This document shows positions 1 to 10,757 of a stretch of 64,000 nucleotides of DNA, one piece after another. The DNA is from Octopus bimaculoides. Lineage: Eukaryota. Both the position numbers and the translations under genes were made by a program. The DNA is taken from assembly GCF_001194135.2 (NCBI RefSeq), contig NC_068985.1, forward strand, positions 19,820,059-19,884,058, given 5' to 3'. Each line of letters opens with the position of its first letter. Position 1 is the stretch's first letter. The notes beneath the pieces were generated by a model that saw only the letters and a list, made by a program, of their open reading frames with translations, did no database searches and was not told where the DNA came from.

Positions 1-290
1 ACCAGTTCGAATATGCTAATAACACATTTGGACTTGTAAAGAAGCCATTCATTGTTTTTCCATGGAGAAAATTTCTTACTGTTGACAAATGGTGTGAGTA
101 CACCTAAATCAGCTTGCAGTGCCACCTATCCAGACTGTGAGATGCAAGCTTTTCAGAGTAATTATCTCCTCTTCAGTCACAGAAACTGGATAGGTGTATT
201 TACACCATTTGTCAACAAATTTTCTCCATGATAAAACAATGAATGATTTGTTTACATGTCTGAACATGCTATTAGCATATTTGAATTGGT
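1..290. repeat. Imperfect inverted repeat (arms 1-106 and 191-290), probable MITE/foldback in an ABCA intron
   Basis: The reverse complement of 191-290 aligns with 1-106, mostly with transitions plus a 6-nt indel. The left arm may continue beyond the window. Confidence 0.75.
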
Positions 291-592
291 AATAACATTG
301 CAATCCAGTTTATTTTGGAAATAATGGAGAATTTAGGAAAATAACTTTGTCAGTATTAAGATGGTGTTTGGAATATAAATTAACATGAAATTTTCATGGA
401 AGGTTTTGATTTAGATCATTTTAAATATGAATTCATTTGTTTATTGAAAGAATAGTTATAAAAATGTTAAAACATTACCTGCCACTTTTGAATTTATTTG
501 TTCCTGGACCTGCTGTTATAAATATTATGTGTTGTTTAGAAAATTATTTACCTATTTATTTATATTGATATCATGTTTTATTTTTGTTGCAG

Positions 593-1597
593 GATATAAG
601 AAAATAACTGGATTCTTTTTAAGTCTTCAACAATTTCGTGCAATGTTTGTAAAGAAAGTGATTTACACTTGGAGAAATAAATTCTTGAGTATCAGCCAGA
701 TTCTTGTACCTTTGGTTTTCACCATTATTGCACTGATTGTTGTGAAAACATTTCCAACTCAGGATGACTTTCCTTCACTTTTACTGAGTCCTGAAAAGTA
801 TGGCAAGAATACTATACCATTCAGTATTTTATTAACTGCCACTCCAGAAGTAGCAGGTATTACCATGTCCTACCAAGACAAATCACTGAATAAAGACATC
901 AACTTTGTGAATATTAATAATAGCACAAAGTCCAAGAACTCACCAAATATCACAAAATATCTTGGAGTTATTAGCATTGAAGACAGAGAAAATTATAATG
1001 ACCATTATATGATAGCTGCTGATTTAAGTGCAACATTTCCGGATCATTACATTGCCTATTTTAATGGTCAGTCTTTCCATAGCGGTGCTATATCTTTGGC
1101 AATGATGGTCTCTGGCTTTCTAAGATATTTTCATCAATCCACCTCAAAAATTTCTTTTGTCAATCATCCACTTCCAGTGACACAATCAGAAGCTGCAACT
1201 TCTTCTGATTCGCTGAACAATACTGCGTTTACATTATCAATTATGATCTTATTTGGTATTAGTTTCTTGTCAGCAACATTTAGTCTCTTCGTGATAAAAG
1301 AGCGATGTACAAAATCAAAGCATCTTCAATATATTAGTGGTGTATATCCATTCAACTTCTGGATATCAGTATATATCTGGGACATGATTACTTTCTTTGT
1401 AACTTCCATATGTGTGATAATTGCTTTTGTTTGCTTTGACATTGAAGCATACATTGTGGATGGACATTCTGCAGCAATTTTGCTTTTGTTTTTCCTGTAC
1501 AGTACAGCTGCACTTCCCTTCACCTATTTGTTGTCCTTCATTTTCAAAACACCAACATCAGGTTTTGTTTGGCTGGCTCTCATTAACATCGTCTCAG
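593..1597 (+). CDS. ABCA3: ABCA3-like ABC transporter, exon a (start of TMD2/ECD2; gene begins upstream of window)
   Basis: Acceptor ttgcAG ends at 592, donor GTaaat at 1598. Translation QQFRAMFVKKVIYTWRN..QILVPL, FNGQSFHS, IKERCTKSKHLQYISGV..FW is typical of ABCA subfamily half 2 and closest in my recollection to ABCA3. The ORF-track start at 529 is intronic. Confidence 0.9.
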
Positions 1598-1719
1598 GTA
1601 AATACTAATTATTTTTATCAATATATTTATCTCTATGTATAAATATATGTTTTAATTTCTGATACTTCCACCTCTAAAGAAATCCTGTGTAATTTCCATA
1701 ATTTTTATTTCAATTTCAG

Positions 1720-1914
1720 GGCTTCTAAGTGTTTTATCTGTCAACATCCTGAGTATACCCCAGCTGAATCTTTCTGACGTAGCAGACATATTGCGTTGGG
1801 TGTTTCTTGTTATTTCACCTGAGTTTTGCCTTGGCCAAGGCCTCATTGATTTTTACGCCAATTATGATTTGATTGAAATGTGTGATAAATTTCCCTCTAT
1901 GTCAAGCTGTCAGA
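1720..1914 (+). CDS. ABCA3: ABCA3-like exon b
   Basis: ttcAG|G..A|GTaagt, phase 1/1. Reads GLLSVLSVNIL..LRWVFLVISPEFCLGQGLIDFY, the conserved ABCA P-x-F-x-LG-x-G TM motif. Not in the ORF track. Confidence 0.9.
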
Positions 1915-3661
1915 GTAAGTTTCCATTTTACTAGAAACTATTTTAAAACTATTTTACCATAAGGAAACTCATGATAGTTTGTTAAACTAATATTGTATTA
2001 TTGGTATATATTGGTTAAACTAATAGTGTATTATTGGTATATAATTATTAACATGATCTAAATTTTTTACATTAATGAATTCTCAAGCAGCGTCTTGAGT
2101 ATAGATGTCATAGTTTCTAGGGTAAGAAATACTACTGAATAACTTGTAAGTTTTTGAAGAGCAAATAATTTTCATCTTTGATATTTGGTCGTATTCACCA
2201 TCACTAACTGAAGCTTCATCGAGTGTTTGTCATTTATTATGCTGAAGTTTGCCATACATCTCAATTCTCTTTTCACCATTTGAAACTCAACCTTCCAAAG
2301 TTCAATCTACCAAAGTCTCCTCTCCCCTTCTCTCTCTCTTACAGCTACTGTTGCATAGAATCTAAGAACTGGCACCAAACTAATAATTTTTAACTTCTTG
2401 CTATTACTTTGGAACTGGTTCCCATCAAACACTACTTATATAGAAAGCCAGACAAGGACACAATGCACATATACAAAAATTCCATCCAACTTCAGTCATT
2501 ATAAATAACCTCGAATGTGGCATGTATGCAAACATTTCCCACCTATCTTCTGACTGTATATCAGTTGAGGTTAAGCATGATGGGGTACAATGGCTGATCT
2601 TGTGATTGCACAAATTGTCAACATGTGGAATGATTCACAAGTTTCGCAGTATTAGAGAGATGTAATACTGATTTCATTATACAAGGGAGAAGATCTAAAG
2701 TCAAACTGTGGTGACTTACATGGTATTTTCTTATTTGTGAGTGTTGGTAAGATAGTCATCAGACTTTTATTGAATCAACTGCAGATATGCACATGCTACA
2801 TTGTTGCCCCCAAGTTTCAATGTGGAATTAGATCTGGTAGATGTACTACAGGTGATTTTAAGCATCAGACAGTTATAAGAGCAATGCATAGAGCAGAGAC
2901 TCTCTTTTTGACAAGTTTTCATTGATCTGAAAAAAATTTGCTTTTGAAATGGTGAATTGAATCTTTGTATCTATGAATCTTGCAGCATCACATACCTGCT
3001 ACATCTATCTGAGACATAGATCTTGTATTGATGGCACATGAAAATATTTGAAAGATCTCACCAAAAGTGCCTAAGCCTTGTATTAAACATTAGTTGGAAA
3101 TCTTCTACACCTGACACAGATGTACTTAAAAATGTTGGATGGCTGAGTATGGAGGTTTGACTTATCAAGTATCACATCTGATACGCTGGTCATGTCTTCC
3201 ATCTTGATGGTTTCAGGTTTCTGAAGCAATTATTTTATGGGGAATTAGTTATCAGTAAACTTCACCAGCACAAGCAAAAAAAGAGATTCTGTAATGTCAT
3301 GAAGTTAAAAGACAGTAAGAAAGACTGGAAAATAGAAAGCGGTAGAGAACAATATCAAGTCTCTTGGAATGAAGCTGGATATCAGATTTAATTAGAGAGA
3401 GGAGAAGTAGAAACTAAATGATTTGTATATGTTATGCTGTATGAGGGTAAAACTGGCAGAGAATTGAGGTGTCTTTGGGAAGAAAAGTGTATGGAAATAT
3501 AGTGGAACACTTACCCTTACTTGCCCCTAATGACATTGTAAAGAAAGAGGCATGAAAGTTTGCGTATGAGACAATGTTGAATGAGGAGAATGCATAGAAT
3601 TGTAGGGGGTCTACAGTATATAGAGAGACAAGAGAATGAAATTGTTTGGGGTATGCTTTAA

Positions 3662-3882
3662 CCCTTTAGCATTTAAACCGGCCATATCCAGCCAAAAGTA
3701 TTCTGTTTGTTTTATGTTCAAACTGGCCAAATCTGGTCTCTCACACCAACCCTACAATATGGTTTTTAAAATTAACAGCTACCTCATCAAAATCTCATAG
3801 CTACAAGATAATGCATGATTAGTTCAAAACAATGTGGATGAAAAAGCATTAATTTTGGCAGAATAATGCAAACACTAAAGGG
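3662..3882 (+). mobile_element. piggyBac-type MITE (221 bp)
   Basis: TTAA|CCCTTTAG...CTAAAGGG|TTAA, i.e. TTAA target duplication and CCC/GGG termini. The family recurs in the window. Confidence 0.85.
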
Positions 3883-5053
3883 TTAAAGTGCAGTTAGTTT
3901 ATGAAGGCAGAAAAGGCAACTGGGCCATTGGGGATTGATCCTGAGATGTTTGAAATATCTGACAAAAGTTGGGCATGTACTAGTCACTTGCATGTTCAGT
4001 TGGGTAGTTCGAAGAAGGTTTTATACACATCGTGGAATCATGTAAGACTGCCACATAAAAGTGCCTGTGTGGTACCACATAAAAGCACCTGTGCGGTTCC
4101 ATATGAAAGTACCCAGCACACTCTGTAAAGTGGTTGGTGTTAGGAAGAGCATCCAGCCATAGAAACCATTGCCAAATCAGACTGGAGTCTGGTGAAGCTC
4201 CCCAGCTTGCTAGCTCTGGTTAAACCATCCAACCCATGCCAGCATAGACAACGGATGTTAAATGATTATGAATGGCAGAGCAGTTTCATCATCAACTGCT
4301 ACAAGAGATACAAAGTAGATACACTATAGATAGGCAACTCCAGAGGTATCAAACTGATAGACCAAGTTATGGAAGTTATGGAAAGAGTTATATCCCAATT
4401 GATTAAGTTTTGTTCCAAGAAGAGGAACTACAGATGTCACCTTTCTAATAAGACCTGTTCACCATAACAGAATTGATACCAGTGCTGGTCACAGTATAAG
4501 TAGTGGTGCACCCAGTACACACTGTGAAGTTGTTGGTGTTAGGTAGGGCATCCAGCCATAGAAACCATGGCAGAACAGACAACAGGAGCCTGGTGCAACC
4601 CTGACCTTACTAACTCTGGTCAAACCAGCCAACCCATACCTGCATGGAAAATGGACATTTGATGATGCTGATGACGATGACAACGAAGTAGTAGTAGTAG
4701 TACACATGCATACATATATGTACATATGTGTGTGCACACATGTACATGCATGCATATATACATAAATGTAAAGCTAAAGCTGGCATTCCTTTGACTTATT
4801 CAGCTGCTACTGGCTAGGAAACTTAAGGCCAACACCTTTTGGTTTGCTCATTTGTTTCCTCATACTTCTTCTTTGATGCTATTTTGCTTTCAAACTTGGC
4901 TTGAATATAAATTAAGGTAAAGTCTACCTTGTCTAGGAACAATTTACTGGCAGGCCTAGTGTGTTTTTTTCTGCATTCACTTCACAATTTTAAATGTAAA
5001 ATGATGAACATGCTGTGATATATAGTTTACTTATTACAGTTTATTTGTTTCAG

Positions 5054-5547
5054 GTTCTTGCACAGAATGTTTACCATTGAACAGAAATTATCTTGGCTGG
5101 GAGGGAAAAGGCATAGGAAAGTCGTTGGTCTTTTTATGTATTCAAAATATTTTCACCTTATTCTTGCTTATTTTGGTTGAGTCATCAGTTTTTGAAAAAA
5201 TTGTCTATTCATTAAAACTGTTGTGCTCAAGAAACAAAATTCAGACTGTTAAAGATGTCAATGGTACAACTATTGATAATGATGTGGCTGCTGAACAAGT
5301 GCGAGTAGAGAACTACTATGAACTTCATAAAGATGTAATTGTGGTAAAAGATGTTTCAAAGTTGTATGGCTCATTTATGGCTGTAAACCATATTAGTGTT
5401 GGAATCCCTGCTGGAGAGTGTTTTGGTTTACTTGGGATCAATGGGGCTGGTAAAACATCCACTTTTAAAATGCTGACTGGTGATGAACGAATTTCCAGTG
5501 GAATGATTTATATCAATGGTGTTAGTCTGAAGACTAATATACGACAG
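5054..5547 (+). CDS. ABCA3: ABCA3-like exon c (end of TMD2, NBD2 Walker A)
   Basis: ttcAG acceptor, CAG|GTaaac donor. Contains NYLGWEGKGIGK and GECFGLLGINGAGKTSTFKMLTGD. Confidence 0.95.
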
Positions 5548-6017
5548 GTAAACAATTTTTTGTTCAGTTTTCTGTAGCTTATGACTTTTATTAACTATAA
5601 ATGATTTTTTTTTTATTAGTCCTGGCAGAATCATTAGCACACTTGGGTTCAAATTCTGCTGAGGTCGACTTTATCTTTTCAAGATCAATAAAATAAATAC
5701 CAGTCAAGTACTGAGGTTGATATAATTGACTTCCCCCTCCCCTCAAAAACTACTGGCTCTGTACCAGAATTTGAAACCATTAGTTATAAAAGATTTTTGA
5801 CTGCACTGTCTTAAATATTTTACCATCATTTGAATATTAGATGCAGGTTGTTAGTTATTTCAAATCCTTGTCACCCTCTTGTGTTATTTCTGAGATTTTA
5901 TTGAGTGAGGTAATTGTTTAACTAAACTATAGAAGATTTTGTGGACTTGCATTGCTGAATTCAAGCCCTATCATGAATACTGCTTGGAAAGTATTTCCTT
6001 GGTGTGATTTAGATTAA

Positions 6018-6234
6018 CCCTTTAGCATTCAAACCAGTCATATCTGGCCAAAATATTCTACCTGTTTTATACTCAAACTAGCCAAATCTATCCCTCTCAC
6101 AAACCCTACAATATCAGTCTAAAAATTAAGTTACCTCATCAAAATCTCAAAACTATGAGATAATGCAAGATTAATTCAAAACAATGTGAATAAATAAGCA
6201 TTACTTTTGATGAAATAATTTGAATGCAAAAGGG
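6018..6234 (+). mobile_element. piggyBac-type MITE
   Basis: TTAA|CCCTTTAGC...AAAAGGG|TTAA. Internal sequence homologous to 3662-3882. Confidence 0.85.
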
Positions 6235-6479
6235 TTAATTATCTGTTGCTGGATATATGTAATTAGGAACAACCAAACAATTTCTATGTACTTAATTTTT
6301 AGACAAATAAATATTGATTTTATTCATTTTTGTATTTTTTTTGCAAGGTTCAAGATGTGAACTCATGTCTTGAAACATGATCTGTTGTATCTCAGGAGAA
6401 CTGTTATACCAATAATAAGCATTGTGCATATGTTAAACATATGCAAAGTGCTTATTGTTGGCATAACAGTTTAGTATAA

Positions 6480-6654
6480 CCCTTTAGCATTCAAATTTTT
6501 CTCTCAAATGTAATGTTTGTTTATTCCCATTGTTTTGAATTAACCTGACATTATCTCATAGCTTTGAGATTTCAATGATGTAATTGTTAATTTTACAAGG
6601 ACCTTGTAGGGTAGGTGTAAGAAGCTGGACATGGCCAGTTTAAACGCTAAAGGG
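6480..6654 (-). mobile_element. piggyBac-type MITE, opposite orientation, shorter and degraded
   Basis: CCCTTTAGC...CTAAAGGG termini with degenerate TTAA flanks. Interior is the reverse complement of the 6018 copy. Confidence 0.7.
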
Positions 6655-7587
6655 CAACAGATTCGGGGGTGATGTTAAGTCCCCAGTGTTCAACTGGTAC
6701 TGATGTCATTGACTCCGAAAGAATGAAAGGTAAAGTCAATCTTGGTGGAATTTGAACTCAGAACATAAAGACACACAAAATTCTGTAACCATTTTGCCCA
6801 GCATACTAATGCTTCTACAACTCACCACCTTGCGGTCCAACAAAATATTGATTGATTGAAGCATATGCAATGTTAAAACTGATTGAGTTAGGTTCTCTTG
6901 CTCAAATAGGTTTTCTATAGTGTATAGACAAATCAATGTAATAGGGAGACATTGGGTTAGTAATTATAAATTCATACTTAAAATCATGTTTCTACTTAGA
7001 ATCAAATACTAAAGTTGTGAGATTCTGATGAATATTAAAAAATTATTCTGCTTTAAGCACGCCATATAACTTTAAGCACCCCTCATAACTTTTTAATTCT
7101 TAGGAATTTTCTGAAAATTTTTGCTAAATAGTGTTCTATACATGGGAAATCATATGATTTGCCACCCCCACCCCACCAAAGACTTTTTTGATGTGTGATT
7201 TAAGGGCTATTTAGCTGTTATTTTTAGCACATCTTATGACCACCTGATACCCTCTTCATTTGTTTGTCATTCTGATGTATTGATGTTTTTCAATATCTTT
7301 CTTCCTATAAACACATTTAATAGTCTATTGCTGGGATTTAAGCAAAAAAAAAAATTGTGACTGTCTATATTTTAAACTGATTTTTTAAAAACGTTCAAAA
7401 AATTTAAAAGCAAAAAAATATTTTTCAAAATTTGAAAAAGTAAGAAAATTCTTTTTCCTTAGTCAAAAGAATTCGCATGTGTTAAATACAAATTTGTAAA
7501 AATTTTCTGATAATTCTTAAAACTAAAAAAATCACATGAATTCCACCAATTATTTCTTGATATTAATTTCCAATTTCTCTTTTGTAG

Positions 7588-7775
7588 ATTCAGCGTTACG
7601 TAGGCTATTGTCCTCAATTCGATGCTCTTATTGAATGCTTGACTGCTCGTGAGATTTTAAATATGTTTGCCTTAATACGAGGTGTTCCACAAAAGATAAT
7701 TCCACAAACAGTTAATGATCTGATTGAAGAATTGATGCTTCAGAAATATGCTGATAAACAGGTGAAAACATACAG
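7588..7775 (+). CDS. ABCA3: ABCA3-like exon d (Q-loop)
   Basis: tgtAG acceptor, AG|GTggg donor. Reads IQRYVGYCPQFDALIECLTAREIL. Confidence 0.95.
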
Positions 7776-8620
7776 GTGGGTTTTGATATATCATACTTTG
7801 TCTTATATATTGATAGCCTTCAGAATAAAAAAAATGTCTTTTCATTTAGACATTATAAACAAAGCAAAATATTTGTGAATAGTTATGCTTATATATACCT
7901 TTGAGAGTTTCTATATGTATTTATATTGCATTGCACCTAGCTGTTTATATTAATTTTTTATATATGCATTAGCAGTCTGCTAAATCATCCATAGATTTTT
8001 ATGGTAAATGCATATATGCTGACAGACAGAATTGCACGATATCTGCCAAATGGAAATAGGAAAAATGAAATGTTTAGTTTAAGGAATTCTCAAATCAGCA
8101 GTGGGGCAATTATATCCCCTGTTAGCATGTGTGTATATGTGCTTTTTCTACAATATTAAGAACATTTTAGCTCTTATTTTTAGCAATGTAGGTGTCTGGA
8201 TACTCCTAGTCACATTAAGTTACAATTGCATTCTTCCTTTATGGTATCACATGGCATCTAGCTGTTTATATTTTATTTTATATATATGTGTGTGTGCGTA
8301 TCTAAATGAGTTTTTATATACTTTTGCCCTCCATTGGTTACAATGATGAGGGTCCCTGTCTGTTTGTGAAATTAACATGCAAGGGACTGAGCACTCGACC
8401 AACATGGGTACCCTTAATGTAACTCTCAGGGAGATTCATTGTGACACAGAATGTAACAAGGCTGGCCTTTGAATTACAGGTACAACTCGTCTTTGCCAGC
8501 TGAGTGAACTGGAGAAATAAAGTGTCTTGTTCAAGTATACATGCTGCCAGGACTTGAACTCACAGCCTTTTGTTTGTGAGTCAAATAACCCTAACGATCA
8601 TGTGTCTGAGTTTTTATATA

Positions 8621-9001
8621 CTCTTTTACTTGTTTCAGTCATTTGACTGCGGCCATGCTGGAGCACCGCCTTTAGTCGAGCAAATTGACCCCAGCACTTA
8701 TTCTTTGTAAGCCTAGTACTTATTCTATCGGTCTCTTTTGCCAAACCGCTAAGTTACGGGGGACGTAAACACACCAGCATCGGTTGTCAAGCGATGGTGG
8801 GGGGACAGACACAGACACACAAACACACATATATACATATACATATATACGACGGGCTTCTTTCAGTTTCCGTCTACCAAATCCACTCACAAGGCTTTGG
8901 TCGGCCCAAGGCTATAGTAGAAAACACTTGCCCAAGGTGACACGCAGTGGGACTGAACCCGGAACCATGTGGTTGGTAAGCAAGCTACTTACCACACAGC
9001 C
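8621..9001 (-). mobile_element. tRNA-derived SINE, family A (tail GTAAAAGA), young copy
   Basis: Reverse complement of the 9499-9892 copy. A-box TGGCTGTGTGG and B-box GGTTCAGTCCC on the minus strand. Confidence 0.9.
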
Positions 9002-9498
9002 AGAGTGTTTTTATATGCATGATTTAGAGTTTTTATATTTGGCTGCTATGAATAAAAATGTTTTGAAAAATGAACTTTCTGAGAATTTGTACAGTAGCAA
9101 TGATATTGGAAGTTCTGCAACAAACACAAGGAGACACATTCTTATAAGGAATTGATCAAAGTATATATACATGCTAAATCTTATAATAATTCTGCTTGAT
9201 CCTCCATTACTTGGCCTGTTCGTAACGCTTTCATATGGTTATCTGAAAGGGAAGGAGAAAGGGGAAGGGAGGGAGAGGTGGTGGTGAGAGAAATGTATAA
9301 TTTTTTTTTTCCTCCATTACTTAGCTTATCTGCAGTGCTTTTCCATGATTAGTTGAAGGGAAAGGCAAAGAGTGAGAGAAAAAGGGGGAGAAAGGAAAAG
9401 GAGAGAGAAAAAGAGGGTAAGGTGGAGAGTGAGAGAGAAAGAGGTAGAGTGCTGTGTATCAAGTCTGTAAAATTGTGCATAAAATATATATATATATA

Positions 9499-9892
9499 GG
9501 CGCAGGAGTGGCTGTGTGTTAAGTAGCTTGCTTACCAACCACGTGGTTCCGGGTTCAGTCCCACTGCATGGCACCTTGGGCAAGTGTCTTCTACTATAGC
9601 CTCGGGCCGACCAAAGCCTTGTGAGTGGATTTGGTAGACGGAAACTGAAAGAAGCCTGTTGTATATATATGTGTGTGTGTGTTTGCGTGTCTGTGTTCGT
9701 CCCCCCACCATTGCTTGACAACCGATGGTGGTGTGTTTATGTCCCCGTAACTTAGCGGTTCGGCAAAAGAGACCGATAGAATAAGTACTAGGCTTCCAAA
9801 GAATAAGTCCTGGGGTCGATTTGTTCAACTAAAGGCGGTACTCCAGCATGGCCGCAGTCAAATGACTGAAACAAGTAAAAGAGTAAAAGAGT
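9499..9892 (+). mobile_element. tRNA-derived SINE, family A, young copy
   Basis: GGCGCAGGAGTGGCTGTGTG head with A/B boxes, internal (TA)/(TG) microsatellite, GAGTAAAA tail repeats. Confidence 0.9.
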
Positions 9893-10333
9893 ATATAAAG
9901 TGCATTAAGTAATCATCATATTCCAATTTCCTTCACTTTTCAATGAGTAACAGATGAGTGACTATTTTTTGACACAGACACAACATACGCTACGTTTTCA
10001 GATTTTTTAAGTAAAGTTTTCAGAAATGACCCATTAAGTTTATCATTAATTCTGTGAAACATTCACAGGTCCTGCTAGGATCATTTGTGTATTGGTATTC
10101 ATTTCACATCTGCCACAGAAATTATGAAAAGATAAAGGAAATAAAAGTTATGAAATAGTATAAAGAGTTATAACAAGCTAAAGAAAGGCATGATTAAAAT
10201 AAAGACTCACCTTGTCATTAGGATCTTTAATGGGAAAATATTTTCCTTTTTATTCAGGACACTTAACTTTACTTAAAGTGTATTTTTAGTCTATTCATGA
10301 GAAGTTTTAACATTTTCATAAAATACACCATTT

Positions 10334-10557
10334 TGAGCGTGGCCGTTGCCAGTACCGTGTGACTGGCCTACGTGTGGGTGACACGTAAAAGCACCCACTA
10401 CACTCTTTGAGTGGTTGGCGTTAGGAAGGGCATCCAGCTATAGAAACCCTGCCAAATCGGATTGGAGCCTGGTGTAGCCATCTGGTTTCACCAGTCCTCA
10501 GTCAAATCGTCCAACCCATGCTAGCATGGAAAGCGGACGTTAAACGATGATGATGAT
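10334..10557 (+). mobile_element. Retroposon 3' end (RTE-associated tail, family B, ends in (GAT)n)
   Basis: AAAAGCACCCACTACACTC..GGCATCCAGC..CCAACCCATGCTAGCATGGAAAGCGGACGTTAAACGATGATGAT. The same tail directly follows the RTE ORF at 45072-45775. Confidence 0.8.
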
Positions 10558-10586
10558 TTAATTATTTCTCTTGTTTGTGGACACAG

Positions 10587-10757
10587 CGGTGGCAACAAGA
10601 GGAAGTTAAGTACAGCTGTGGCTCTGATTGGTGATCCCCCTGTTGTCTTATTGGATGAACCTACAACTGGCATGGATCCAGGAACCAGACGGAATCTATG
10701 GAATACTCTTATAAAAGTGAGGGATACTGGACGAACATTGATTTTGACATCACACAG
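10587..10757 (+). CDS. ABCA3: ABCA3-like exon e (signature, Walker B, H-loop)
   Basis: acacAG acceptor, AG|GTaatt donor. Reads [36 protein letters not shown]. Confidence 0.95.

Noticed and set aside
9499-9580. tRNA genes
   Set aside because: A/B boxes are present, but there is no cloverleaf and they continue into SINE bodies. No genuine tRNA, rRNA or CRISPR array was recognised anywhere in the window.
8784-9828. Recurrent ORFs such as MSSDGGGTDTDTQTH.. (also 47611, 50658, 52704)
   Set aside because: These are incidental frames within SINE family A copies. They recur only because the repeat recurs.
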